Below, piece after piece: positions 15,384-29,045 of a stretch of 64,000 nucleotides of DNA. Location: assembly GCF_032062105.1 (NCBI RefSeq), contig NW_026940558.1:1-64000 (forward strand). Direction: 5' to 3'. Each line of letters opens with the position of its first letter. Position 1 is the stretch's first letter. The position numbers were made by a program, and so were the translations under genes. This stretch comes from Saccostrea cucullata (lineage: Eukaryota). The notes under the pieces are model-generated. The model was given only the letters and a program-made list of their open reading frames with translations. It had not been told where the DNA came from and made no database searches.

Positions 15384-16269
15384 GCACTCATGCCTAGAAT
15401 CACACCACAGCCACTTCAATTTGTATTGACGGGGGACCTCCAAATTCAGTTGACAAGCAAAAAAAAAAAAAACAAACAAACAAACAAGCAAATAAACACA
15501 AAAACACTTTTAAAAAAACCCTATGTATCACACTCTAATATCCATTTTTTTGGTAGAGGATAGAGGGGGGCTTCCTGTAACTTTTTTGTTCGGTATATCA
15601 CTTTTAAAAATGCTTGAATCTGCGCATTTTCCGCCAACAAAAAATGTGGATGGAGCTTCCAAATCAAAATATTATTTAAAACATTATCATTAGAAAAGCC
15701 CCCTCCATTTGCATACTACGGGGACATTTGAAACCTTTATCTTCACTGAAACGAAATATTTCATGTATATTTCATGTATACTTCTAAAAGTTAGTTACTT
15801 CTGAGGTTGGTCCAAAAATGGTATAGCCAAAGTTCGCTGGAACCTACCTTGCATGTCACTGGTGGGTGATCGGAGCCCTTAGCCAGGGTTACCAAGACAA
15901 GATAAAAGAACTTGGAGATGAGTTTCAATACATACTAAAGTGCAGCTCGTTACTTTCAGAAAGAATGCTATTGCTTAACAGAAAAAAAGCATAAAATTTC
16001 AGAATGTAATTAATTCTTAACACATTATGAGTAACAATAGATACTGTTTTCTGTGAAAATTGTGCTCGTTTATAAAGAAAAAAAAAATAAAATATGCCCC
16101 CGGCCTAAATTCCCATACTTCACATGTATAGCAACGTACAATTTTTTTGTTTAGTTTCTTATTCACGCATGCTTTATAGATCTACTGTTATGTATAAAAT
16201 CACCTATATATTTTGTGATCTCTGTATACTGTTGTAAAATGGTGAAGAGATTCAAATAAATGACTGAAA

Positions 16270-16885
16270 AATGATTGAAGGTACAAAGAGGAAAGCAAAT
16301 CCGCGAAAATCTACAGATCTAGCGAACAGAAAGGACAAAGGAGATTTTTTTTAATTCTTCAAATTATATCTATCTTTTATTACACTATTCAAGATCAAGA
16401 ATCCATGAAACAATATACAAAATAGGAACACAGCAAACATTCCAAAACATGAGAGGTGGGGTCAAGTGGCATAAAGGATTGAATGAGCATCTCCTGCCGA
16501 CCGGTCACATCAGCAGTGAGCTTTTTGTCAAGATCGGGAAATACTGGGACAATTCGTTGTTTAACCAGTGTATAAATAAAAGACAAATAATTTGTATGAA
16601 AAACGCCAGTAAGCATTTGACTCAATGATAAATTGTATTTGCTGACAATGTCATTGCATGGACCATAGAAATTAGGAAATGATGACTTTAAACCAGACTG
16701 TTGCATGATATTCTTGTTTCATCAACTTGTTTCGCAATGATTAACCTCGTTTTAGAAAATGTTCATACGTAGAGCATGCTCTTGCGTATAGAAACAACTG
16801 AAATATATAGACTCTGTATGAAGGTGTTAAAGATATAATGCTGCATAAGTAAGTTAAGTGGACGATTGAAAAGAAATGATGAATT
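16270..16885 (-). mobile_element. Degenerate 3' fragment of Penelope-like (Naiad-type) retroelement
   Basis: Minus translation ...QLFLYARACSTYEHFLKRG*SLRNKLMKQEY...LKSSFPNFYG. Homologous to 61245-61690, including the gtgaccggtcggcagg 3' motif. Confidence 0.65.
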
Positions 16886-17013
16886 TAAATAATAATGCTG
16901 ACAGTCACATTCATGAACTTGCTCGCCGAAAGCTTACCTTGTTTCATTAATTGTCCGTTCATAGAAAATGCATATGGATTTAACTAGGAGCAAAAACATA
17001 AGAATTGTGATAA

Positions 17014-17330
17014 TGTAGTAGTGTAAGATACATGGCATCCTACTAGTTTGGGCTAGAGGGTTAAACCTTTAGCTCAATTGGTAGAGCACTGAACTGGCAA
17101 GCAAGAGGTACAGGTTTCAGTCCCCAGCAGAGGCACAAAATTGATCCTGTTACATTTGGAGCCCAGGTTTGGGCCAGAAAGTTCTCTTCTCAAGCGGATG
17201 AATGCCCCTAAAACTTCGCCCTACAGGTGTAGGCACTCCAAAAGTGAGTTTAGATGAGGATATTTCATTCTCTGGAGGGGGCAATGTAGTAGTGTAAGAT
17301 ATATGGCATTCTGCCAGCTTGGGCTAGTGG
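17014..17330 (+). mobile_element. Miniature non-autonomous LTR element with tRNA-like sequence inside the LTR (Ajax-like TRIM)
   Basis: LTR TGTAG...TTACA (17014-17154) contains A-box tagctcaattgg and B-box-like ggtttcagtcc. PBS-like tttggagccc follows. Internal region is ~130 bp, with PPT ggagggggcaa at 17274-17284. The second LTR starts at 17285 and is truncated after ~46 bp. Confidence 0.75.
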
Positions 17331-17847
17331 AAATGAAGTGAAGTTTATGGTGTTATAAATGCATTTTTGTCCGTCTGTAGTATATTAGATATACATATTG
17401 TCGTCTGTCATTACCGATATGTCATTTCTAGATCATAACAGACATTGACCTCCAATAAGCAGAGACTGGATCAGAGGTAAAACATGAAATATTAATTTCA
17501 ATGAATTTCAAGATTTGTTTTGAATCTGTAATGCAATAAGTAACTATAAGATCACCTGAAATGTGACTGACATGAACATGTGTAAATGTGCGTAGATCTG
17601 TCCAGAATTTGCGAAAAGTAACACATTATCTAGTTGAAAAAAGAATGCCAGGGTTTGTTTTTGATGAGTCTGTACTAGAACTTGTTTTCATTGTTGTGTT
17701 TAACGAAAATATTTAATATTTTAAACTTAAATTCTATTAGGACTTTCAACAGAGTGATAGTCATGGTAATATCTGGGATTGAGGGGAGATCTAGACGTGT
17801 GTTTAAACAAACACGAACTGTATTGTCATATGCTTGATACTCAGATA

Positions 17848-18054
17848 CTGTAAATCACTTTTTATTCGCAAGAACTTAATTTTCGCGTAATTACGCGAGA
17901 CGGTATGCTCGCGAAAATTTCATTCTCGCGTACAAGAGAATTCCTTTAGATTATATAGAGCAATGACCACAATTCGTGAAATATTGTCCCGCTTATAAAG
18001 TGTCAATGACTATCTCGCAATAATAAGGCATCGCGAAAATTAAGTGATCTACAG
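17848..18054. mobile_element. Tc1/mariner-type MITE
   Basis: TA|ctgtaaatcactt ... aagtgatctacag|TA. Confidence 0.75.
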
Positions 18055-19079
18055 TATTTTGACATATTATCCTCAGGGGGTAAACATGTATTCCAGTAAG
18101 GTTTATTAACTACCGCTGTTAGTGTAATGAAATCAAGTGCAAGGTTTAAAATCAGTTATGGTAAATATATATGCATAAAAACGTTAAATTAAATATCTAA
18201 AGATAATCAATGATGTTCCAGGCCACAGAGAGTTTAAAAAGATATCGATCAGTTTAAGATAACTGTTTATTGTTACTCATGATGTTGACAGAAATGGGAA
18301 TGTTTATATTCTGATTATTTTTGTCCAAACTGTCTTAATAATAGATGATTTTCTCATATAGATATGTTCTTATTTAATTATTTTAAAATCATGACATGTG
18401 GAGATTTTTGTTAAGTCACACTTTACGAGTGCTCTAGATTTTCACAACAAAGATCATGAAATATGAAATTGGGAAGACGAACGTAGAATTATTTGCTAGA
18501 TTAAAATGATTAATACTTTTATCTTAAATTTTGTGACGTATCAGATATTGATTCCATTTCTACTTCCTTGTGTAGGGTTAGTGAAATGAATTTAATATAA
18601 TGGATAAATAATTTTTCATATACGAGGGCTGTTCAATAAATAATGTCCTGGACTATATGAGATTGACATACAATACAGATATCATGTAACATTAAACTTG
18701 ACTTTCCCTCATTACTGAATCTTGTATGAATTAATAACAGTTTATGTGACCAGTTTTCATCACATAGTTTCATCGTGAGAAGCTGGGAAGCAAGCAATTT
18801 TCGAGACACTGCATTATAAATATATATGGTAAAGAATCAATAAACTAGATTGAAAATAAAAGCTTCATTTAAGCTGCTGTAAAGCTTGTTAAAAATCCCA
18901 AAGAAACATTCACTGAAATATGTGACATTTACAGCAACCAATGCCTGCTTTATAGACAAAAGAGGAGGTGGATTTCAATGTTAAAAATTATATAATGGGC
19001 ATCAAAAATTGGTACCCTCCTTGCAAACAAAAATTATAAAAACTTATGTACTATTTGCCAAATTTCAACAAATAATATA

Positions 19080-19752
19080 TATAGCGAGCGCAGCGAGCTC
19101 AATATAGACTAATGTGTATGAACAGAGGAAATTCGGATTGAAATCTGTACATATGTCAGCAAAATTTCTCTCTGCAACCTTCCCAGAATTCCTGCACTAT
19201 CCAATGTCCTTTGCGCGAATAAATCAAAAATAGTAAAAAATTTAAAGGAACATTGTTTCAATTCTTACCGAAATTTTAACGAAATGATTTTGCCTTACCT
19301 TATTCAAAAAAATACCCCCATGTCACAACACCGGCCTTCACCTTGCCCTTCGGAAATGATACAAATGACGTCACCGGAAACTTACGAATTTTGACGAAGT
19401 TATATCGGTTGCTTCCGTGACACTTGGCTAAAACATAGCAACAACTTACATGAAAAGAACGATTTAATGCAATCTCTTCTCCATAAAACTAGATTTTGCA
19501 TTCTAAGTCAACAGAACTTTTTTATTTCATTCTGACGTCAGACTTTCGTCACTTCAACGGTTCGGGTATTTCCGATTTTGTCGGAAACTTCCGAGAATTT
19601 TCGTATCTTGATCCCGATGCTTGGGAAATGATTTCTTTTTTATGTTTTGTTTTATTCTTTTTGCCTCGTTTTTCTTGAATGATAGACAGTACATGTGTAT
19701 AGGTGTATAGATAGTAAATAAACTGCGCTCGCCCCAACGGTCACACCGTAAA
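19080..19752 (+). mobile_element. Helentron/HINE-like non-autonomous element
   Basis: SubTIR gcgagcgcag / ctgcgctcgc followed by 3' hairpin acggtcacaccgt. Confidence 0.5.
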
Positions 19753-21815
19753 ACATATTATGATTGACTTTAAGACACATAGCAAATTTAAAAGACATCA
19801 CATCGGGAGTAGTTTACATTGTATTTAAGAAACGTTTGACGGTTAAAAGGCTTGATACACAAAGGTCATCCTATATTTTGAAAAATGAGTGAAAATGACA
19901 GCGTGTTCGAAATTCTTAACAATTACTTTAAAATATCAGTTATTGTAGTTATCTACGTTTGTTTTATTTTCAAAAGGATATTGGAACATGAATCCATTGC
20001 TTAAAACCCTAAAACCCTAAAACCTAATTTACCATAAGATGTACTTGATAAAAACGGCGAATGTCTGACAAGTGCACAAGTCTGCAAGAGCACAAAGACA
20101 AAGAAGATGGGCGCATTTGACGGGTGATCTGCAGGAATCTTTTGTACGAAACATTTATGGTTTAAATGTCCATGATTTGGTTGGCTGAACATACCTGGTC
20201 AGATTTTACAAACACGTCCATGGTTTTTTTTTTCATTTAGTTTGAAAGACATTGTGAAATTGTAACATTTATATCCATTTTTTTTTAGGAGGTACTATAA
20301 AATAATAATATTTCACAAAAAATAAAACCTAAAATATATTTAATACATAGATGCATGATACGTGTACATGTACATTATAAAATAGACGATTAGAATTGAT
20401 TTCGCTTGAGAACCAAAATTTATCTAATTCAAAATTTTAATACATCAGTACATAAAACGAAATTGACAAAAAAAATTGGTTGCTTGCCTGAATAAAAATT
20501 AACGCCCCATGCCAGGCTCGAACCAAAAACTATTTGCGCCGAGTGCACTGAACAGATAGCTTAACTTTCTGAGCTATCACTGCTTCACACATTTACGATT
20601 GTCTTTAAAAGGACAAATACGCACCACATTGACACATTTGGATTTTTGGGGAAAAGTTCATTTTTCGTGGTCTCTGGGTCTTCTCTCCATTTTTAAAAAA
20701 AATGTAATCGTTTCTTTGAATTAAAATACACACAAATAACGTTTCAAATTCATGGAGAGAAGACCCAGACATAGAAAATTTTTAGATAAATGTGTTTCAA
20801 AACGTACAATTTTGTACCAAATGTCTGATATGGCCAATTTTCAAGTTTTTTTTTTAGCAAATCAAAGCTCAATTTCGGGAAAATATTTTTCGTTTCTGTT
20901 GCACAGGAACCCGATAAATTAAAAAAATGCTAAAATTTCATGTGACATTTCAATAAAATTTTCACTTTTCAATTACGCCCAGGTTCCTGCCGAATGCGCA
21001 ATCAAAAGCGCCCTCGTTCTTTATATATAATTTTCTTAAACATTAGCAGTATTGTTTTTCGAAATCGTATTCGAAGAGACAATTTAATTTCTGGACGAGT
21101 CTAAAAAGCACTTCTTTGGCCAAAAAATCAAAAGGTTTATTAGAGGAAGGACCCAAATTCAGGAATCCACTACAATGAATTTCTTTAAGACAGCGTCCAA
21201 ACCCGCATGCCCTGAAGAGTGAAAGGGTTTTAGGGATAAACAGAAAGCTAATGTTTTTTTCACATTGTAATATATCACTTGATTTTAAAATATTATGCGG
21301 TCGTCCAGTTCTCATTCTTGTTAAATTTATGCTCAACATGTGCCTGCCAGAAAAGTTGTTCGTTTACGATTTTATTGAAAATAATATGTCAGCTTATCTA
21401 GATTTTAGTAATAGCTATTATCATCATAATTAACCTGTTGTCGCTTCATGTAATGTCGTAGGAGTTATAATATCGGGGAATAGAGGGTGAATTTTACATT
21501 TCATGTTTTGGAAGCCATCATACTTTACTCGGATCGTCATTTCCGGTTTGGTGACCTAAATGCGTTTACTAGTAATGCATTGTTCTATTGAAGTTATGAA
21601 TATGGGATCGTATTCTACTTTTTAGTTTGAGTTGTTTTGTGATTTGAAGCTACAAGTTGTTATTTATTGTTAGCATTCACTTTATAATCAGTCAGGTTTA
21701 TCCAGACTACATTTGTGTACGCTAGTGTAGGTTGTTACGATATTTATGTAATGTTATTTACGTACATTTAGCCTAATTAGAAATCTCCTACCACACTGGA
21801 CGACCTAAACTTGTG

Positions 21816-23102
21816 CATACCTGTCAACATGGCCAAAATTTTTCGGGGGAGAAAACGCGCGACGACCTTTTGATAATACAAAAAGTCGCGCATTTCACTG
21901 TTTTATAGAACAAAAATAAACAACTTAAAAGATAAAATTTTATTATTAATATTAACATTATCATTAATTCATAAAATTTACTGTAACAGTTTATTCATAC
22001 ATTGTTTAGAAACTTGTACAAATTGTGATTTAATTTTGAAATTATATAAATTTATGTTCACTATCTATTCTGCCTGTCCATAAGAGCATTATTTATATAA
22101 TATTCATGTCAAATGTTGTAGTTTAAATTGGCAATTACAAAAATTAATAAGGTACTGCAGACAGTCTGTGTTTCCAGCTTTTAATAGATGTATGAATGGA
22201 ATTTTCTCACTAAGTCTAAGGAACATGAGTTGTGTCCTTGATTTAAAGATCTGAAATTGAAATAATTGTCAAAACTTCATGCTTATATTCTCAAAATAAT
22301 GCATAATCTAGTATGAATGAAATACATGGACCCTGTAATTTTTTTTCTTTTAATCTCATAGCATATATATCTGACAGAATCTTTAAATATAATAATTTAT
22401 TTTAGCAATGTTCTAATTTTATATTTTTATCTAGAAATGTATTACCCTGTTTAGCTTTTTAAAGAAGTCTTCTAAAGACACTGTCTTGTTGCTCTGTAGT
22501 TTCAGGGGCTGTTATATGCTGATGTTGATGCAGGATTTACTTAAACATTGAATCTCAAAATCTGTTGGAAGATCTTCAGACTCTTCATTTATATAAGCTT
22601 CCATGGAATTGTTTCCCTCTCCTTGTTAAATTATTAAAGAGTACTGTAGCTACATCTTTCCTGATCACTGTATTGTTTATGAGAAATAGTTTTGTATGAG
22701 GCACTTGTAAACTTATTTGCAGCAAAGTATCAAGTACTTCCATATCGTTATTTACCGTCATGTTCTGTAAAAATTTTCACATCTGGCAACTCTGTCTTTG
22801 ATAATATACACTTTTATCGAGAATAAGGAGTAATTACAACTGCAATTACATCTGCTAGCACAGTTGACACCTTGTTGATTACCTGTTATCAGTGGCAATA
22901 AACAGATTAGCTAAGGAGAAACACTGCATGACCTCCATTTTTGTGTTGACTAGTCGGTATTTTACGAACCCAAGTAGGTAAAAAATCCGGATTTCTTCAA
23001 AATCGGTAGAAACGGCAGTTTAAAAAAAAATCGGTAGACAGTCAGTAGGGATGGTTAAAAATCGGTAGACTCCCGATAAATTCGGGAGAGTTGACAGGTA
23101 TG
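21816..23102. mobile_element. Non-autonomous TIR element with 6-bp TSD (hAT-like)
   Basis: CTTGTG|catacctgtcaac ... gttgacaggtatg|CTTGTG. Confidence 0.8.
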
Positions 23103-23463
23103 CTTGTGTTTCTGAAGAATCAGCTCTTTTATATTGATGTTTACATATTGTATCGTTATGATTATGAGATGCTGCACATACAAATAAATGCTGAGTATGA
23201 CTGATCAATCATCTTGAGTATCATTCAACAAAGAATCTACACAGAGTGGTGCCTGGTTGTTTAACATATTAGAACAAATTTAATTACTGGTACATCCTAA
23301 CAAAAGATGATTTATTTAGAAGATAAACTATGGCCTAAATAAATGCTGAGGATTGAGAAATACTATCCACCTCTGGGGTAGCTTACAACATTAACAATAT
23401 TCGCCAATTCTTTGACCTTTTGACTTGTTTCTATTTCCAAGCTTAAAAACACCTTTCAGAAAG

Positions 23464-24054
23464 TAGTCTCGTTCAACCAGACCCTCGGCTGTCTCCGTAA
23501 ATCTCCGACCACCCAGAGGGTCTGGTAAAGATACGTGATATTGATTGTAACGCCAAAACGAGGTTTACCAAAATTCTGGTAAAGTTTTTGATTGGCTGAA
23601 AAGAACACACCTACGCGATTTAAATAAATACATGATAAATCAGCAGAAAAATAACATAAAGATGTGAAAATTATGTGTCTAAAAGTTAAAGATGCTAGAT
23701 AGGAATTATTTACGGTAATGCCCACCAGTTATAGGTAAGAGTGTTTCATTATGTCATGCAAATATTCTGTACGAAAGCAAAAGTGAAAGCAGAGTAGCCC
23801 GACCTGCGTAATACACATTCCTTTGAATGATATTGTTATTTCTCGTTTGGAGTCCCAAATTAAAGATTAGTTTATCAATATAAAGTCACAATCCAGAAGA
23901 AGAAACACGTTTAACATTTGTTTTCAAAAAAGATCTTCAAATTGAAAACAAGATAGCGCCCTCTGACGGTTACAAACGCTTACGTGTTTCTTTACCAGAC
24001 TCTCTGCTGGTCGGAGTTTACGGAGACAGCCGAGCGTCTGGTTGATCGAGACTA
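23464..24054. mobile_element. AcademH-like MITE
   Basis: TTCAGAAAG|tagtctcg ... cgagacta|TTCAGAAAG: ~70-bp imperfect TIRs, TAG..CTA termini and a 9-bp TSD. Inserted in the mariner transposase relic. Confidence 0.75.
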
Positions 24055-25596
24055 TTCAGAAAGAAGAAACAAGTCCGGGAAAACATTGGATCTGCCATTT
24101 TCCAGTTTGCTAAGGGTCATACCCAAAAATGAGTTCTACAAACGATCGGAAATTAGATAAAAAAAAATGTTACGGACATGTATGTTACTTAGAAGAGATA
24201 AATAATAAGAAGAAATCATTGAAAAGAGTCTTTTGCTTCTTTCTGAGCACCGAGAACATTATTTATGAACAGCCCTCGTATTTTAATGAATTCAATCGAT
24301 ACCAGAGAAACAGATTATGATTTCAGGGTCATAAGGTAGTTTAAACAAAAGTAAAATTAACTATTTTGATGGTACACAATAAAAAGCATATTATATTAAT
24401 CAAAAAATATTTACCTGTTAGGTAAGGTGAATCTCAACAATGTTATTTAAATCCGATGAAACAGTTTTTTTTTTTCGTTTTCGTTTTCAACATTTTGTCC
24501 TTATAAACTCCCAACAAATCTCCATTTTGTTAACACCATTACCTGCGTCAGATTTTTTTTGTAGTTATGAATTGACAAATTGCGTTTGTAAATGTCCGCC
24601 ATTTTGAAATGCCAGTGAACTTCCTTTTTAAAAAGGTATACATGATAGATTTTTTTTTTCAAATTTTCAAACGAAATAGTACAACATTTACCTCTGAATG
24701 GCGTATACTTTTTAGTGAACCGACTTATATTGATTTCATATTTTATGGTCAGTGATCTATTCTAAACCAATGGCCACTTTTTTATCGCTAAACTTGTCCG
24801 AAAACTCTGTCAAAACTATTTTTAAGCGTATACACAGGAAAATATGTATCTATTGAACTATATAATTTTTCATATCAAGTCAAAAATTAAAAAAATCAAT
24901 TGGAGATATGCAATGTAATTCTTAATTATATTTTCATAGGGACCTTACATTAGGATTTGAGGGGGAAGGGTGTTCTTGTCGGAAGAACAAGGTTCACGTA
25001 TGGCATTTTTGGCCCTGTGAATTTCTATACAAATATGAAACTGCTTAATTTTAGTTACTATAAACTAAATATCTTTTAAACCAAGGATGATTGCATGTCT
25101 ATAGAAGTGTATCGTAGATTTACAAGACATTTCTTTTTTAGATCAGAGGGTGCGCCCATGTTATTTTTCTTCTCTGAAAGTTATCAAATATACCTGTTTA
25201 CAATAAAATTCAAGAACTGCATCATTTAAAAGGCACAAATTCTTCGACAGGTTTAGATATTTGGAAGGTGTCATAGTATTTACAGAAATTCGGAATATAA
25301 AATGACGAAAGAGAAACAAACAGCCACCTTCATTGCATTAAGATTTATTCTGTTCCTAGTTTGTATTGTGTCAATCAAAATTAGCATGCTTCTGTTCGTT
25401 TTCTTCATATTTTAGTTTTTCATGCAAGAGATGTCAATGCTGAAAGTGAACATCATTAAAGGTAAACATAAATTTCAAAAAGTGGTGAATCTGTGTGCGT
25501 TTTTGCTGAAAATATTTTGCCAAGAACTAGCGCATGTTTTTGAAGAAATTTCTAATTAAACTGTAGATGATTTAGCACAAGGCAGGCTTTCACTCT

Positions 25597-27126
25597 GTGA
25601 AAGCAGGCAACTACAGACTGATATCCATTCTTCCAACATTATCAAAATTATTTGAAAAACACATAGCCAATCAGATATGTAACTTTAACTCTAGCTATGA
25701 TCTCTTATTTAAATCACAATCTGGATTTCGAGAATTTCACTCATGTCAAATGGCTCTAACAAAACCCACAGATAATTGGCTACAAGCTAAGGACCAAGGA
25801 AATTTAGTAGGCATAACTTTCGTCAATTTTAGCAAGGCATTTGATTTGGTTAATGATGATATCCTTATAAATAAACTTCAATCATATCACTTTGACCAAA
25901 TGGCTATTAAATGGTTTCATTCTTATTTAACTTCAAGGTCTCAGTGTGTAAAAATAGGTACATACTCCTCTGATTTTTTGCCCGTCACAGCAGGAGTGCC
26001 CCAAGGATCTATCTTAGGTCCCCTATTATTTTTATTTTATATAAATGATCTCCCTTTACATGTAAAAAGAACAAATATTGATATGTTTGCTGATGATTCA
26101 ACCTTACATACATATCATAAAAATATAGAAGGTATTGAGAATGCCCTAAAGTTTGATTTGTGTAATATAGAAAATTGGTGTTTCAAAAATCAAATGGTGT
26201 TAAATATCAAGACAAAATGTATGCTCATGGGAACTCAACAAAGAAAATCAAGAATAAATTCTACTGAACTAAATTTAAATGCTTCAAACAAATTAATTGA
26301 AAATGTTTAATCTGAAAAGCTTTTGGGAGTAGATATTGGCCATTCATTGCGCTATAAGTATCATATCGACTCAGTTTGTAAATCTTTGACTTATAAATTG
26401 AATACTTTACGCAGAATTGAAAATTTTCTTCCCTTACACAGGAGAAACCTTTTTTATAATGCAAACATTCTGCCTTCTTTGAATTATTGTCTTACTATTT
26501 GGGATAATGCGCCAGATGCTAGCATAGACAGAGTTTTTAGATTGCAAAAAAGGGCAGCCCGGATTATTTAAGATATGGCTTATGATGCCCCTTCACTACC
26601 ATTATTATAAAAACTTGGATGGCTGACAATATATGAGTTAATTGTTTTTCATAAATATATATTACTGCACAAAACACTTCATGCTATGGCACCAACTTAT
26701 TTAAGAGATTCCTTTGAATTTATTTCTTCTAATAATTATGTTCTTAGATCTGAAACAAACTATGATCTTCATCTACCGAAATATCGAACAAATCAATTTA
26801 AGAATTCTTTTCATTATTCTGGTGTTCATTTATGGAACAAATTACCCTTGCATATCCATTTTTCACCAACTGTACAAACTTTTCGTAAAAAAGTAGAAAA
26901 ATTCATTATAACATGTCGCAACTAAAAGTTATTTGATTCCATGTTCTTCTATTGATCTGTATATGTCCTTGTATTTTCACGTCATGTTGTATTATTTATT
27001 ATAATATTGTACAATGTTTTTGTAATTGTATTATTGTAAATGTGTTTAGTGGGCCCCGAGGAAGACTAGTGCATTGCACTAATCGGGTTACCCTCTTTAA
27101 ATAAAGTATTAATATTATTATTATTA
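25597..27126 (+). mobile_element. 5'-truncated CR1/L2-group LINE with disabled RT ORF
   Basis: NYRLISILPTLSK, GVPQGSILGPLLF, YINDL and FADD motifs, in-frame stops, 3' aataaa followed by a (tat)n tail. Same family as 61691-64000. Confidence 0.9.
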
Positions 27127-28404
27127 AAGTTATGAAAAGTTATGCAAGTTGTAAACACCATGAACCAGTGTCTTGGCTATGCAAAATTAAAGAGGAAATA
27201 GGTCTATTTTGCCTATTTCAGACAATATGGTATGTTCTTGCAAAGCACAAAAATATCAACATTGTATTTAACAAATGGAAATGTAACAAGTTCAATGTTA
27301 AAGTTGGAATAACGGTGTAAAGGTGTTAAATTGCAAAGAGCACTGTAGCAACCTCTAATGATAAAACGCCGCTTAATGATAGAAATAACAATAAGCGTTG
27401 CAATTGCAACTCTTAATGCCATAAATTATTGCATTAATAGCTGACATCATCAACCGCTAATGCTAAATCGCCGCTTAATGATAGAATTAAATCATTAAGC
27501 GTCATAAATGCATTGCAACATCGACGCTTAATGAAACAAGCAAATATCGACATATTCGACGCTTAATGATACACACTTGTGTATCATTAAGCGTTGCAGT
27601 TGCGACCCTTAATGATATAAAATTTAGAAATCGCTTGTAATATCTAAGAGAAAAACACATCCACCTTTCCTGAACAATGAGATATCACTTGTCAAAATGT
27701 TTATATATACCCTTGTGCTATATAAATGGTCATTATTGAAGTTTTACTGTGTTTTCTATTTTGTCAAGGGAACGTCGTTAAGCCCCGGATGTTTAAAGAG
27801 ACAGATAGTCAGATAGTTAGAAGAAAGAGATACAAACAAAGGGATAAATAAAACGATATTCAAGTCCTTTTAAAAGAACCATTTTTTTTACTAAAAATAC
27901 AGAACCAAACAAGCAATTAAATTCCTTTTAATTTGATACAATGATTTTAATACTCATCCTAAAATAAAATATATCAAAATATTCCAAACTTTGTATTTTA
28001 GATTTGATACAGCTTAACATATGTCACTGTTAACGTTTCAGATATACGTATCGAGAAATAAGTTTATAATTTTCACTTCAATTGTATTTTTAATCTGCTT
28101 CGCTTCTCCAAATTTCGATAAAGAGAGACATCAATATTGACAATTTATTTTTAAGTATATTAAACACAAAGAATTCAAATGAATGCAATATACCGGTATA
28201 TTAAATAATATATTATTTTGAGCAAAGGTTAATTCATCTTTTATTTGTTATCAGTTTTACTTAAATATATTACTGTGGCATGATTATTTTAGAATCAATT
28301 TTGAAAACTAGTACATGTATATAATTATCAAATTATGAAAAATATGTCGAATGAAGTAGATGAAGCTGATGTTTTTAAAATTCTAAATGACGCATACTTC
28401 ATTT

Positions 28405-29045
28405 TGTAGTATATTTGCCTGTCTGTCTGTCCGTCTGTCTGTAAACAATTTTTTTAAAATGCTACTCCTTCTGCAGTTTTGGTCTGATTTTTATATAACT
28501 TGGCACACAGAAGACTACTATAGATACTTAATTTTTGCATCGGTTTTTGATTTGTGCCTTAGTTACTAAAGATATAAATAATATAATAAAATGCTACTTA
28601 TCCAATATTTCTTGTCTGATTTCAAAATAACTTAGCTCACATGTAGACTACAATTAAAGATAGAGGTTTTGGATTTCGATCAAAGATGTTGCTTTGGTTA
28701 CTAAAATAGAAATTTCTTTGAAATTCATTCAAAATGCTACTCCTCTATGATATAATTTGGCATGCAAGTAATCTATACTGGCAAGCACTATTATCAATTT
28801 CGTGTTTTTGAGTTTGTTGTTTGATGTTACCATGATAACTAAAATTGAAAATTCTGTAAAATTTTATTGAAAGCTATTACTACAGTTGTAGTTTTATTGC
28901 AACCTTGCCACAAAAATAGATTTAATTAAGGTCTGTCATTCTATTGATTGCTTTTATAAAGTTTTAAGCCCCAATTGCTACTTTTTTCTTCCTTTATTTT
29001 AGGTAAGTACAGACGAGTAGAGCTACAGTCTCGACAGAGATGTAT
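28405..29045 (+). mobile_element. Degenerate HINE-like insertion in the left arm; a related copy lies in reverse orientation near 30290-30645
   Basis: ctgtctgtctgtccgtctgtctgtaaaca microsatellite and repeated aaaatgctactcct units. The segment is absent from the right arm. Confidence 0.5.

Larger units (their letters stand above)
18623..24278 (+). mobile_element. Degenerate mariner transposon expanded by nested insertions
   Basis: TA|cgagggctgttcaataaataatgt ... acattatttatgaacagccctcg|TA. Relic transposase pieces: HTH-like VKLVKNPKETFTEICDIYSNQCLLYRQKRRW (~18850-18980) and YSPDL-like QYSPIL*PFDLFLFP (~23395-23445). Confidence 0.75.

Noticed and set aside
17063-17135. Functional tRNA gene (also 39055-39127)
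   Set aside because: The tRNA-like units are imperfect and embedded in an LTR and a SINE head respectively.
20001-20027. Telomere-like aaaccct repeats
   Set aside because: Only 2-3 units of an 8-mer, not TTAGGG; likely local slippage.
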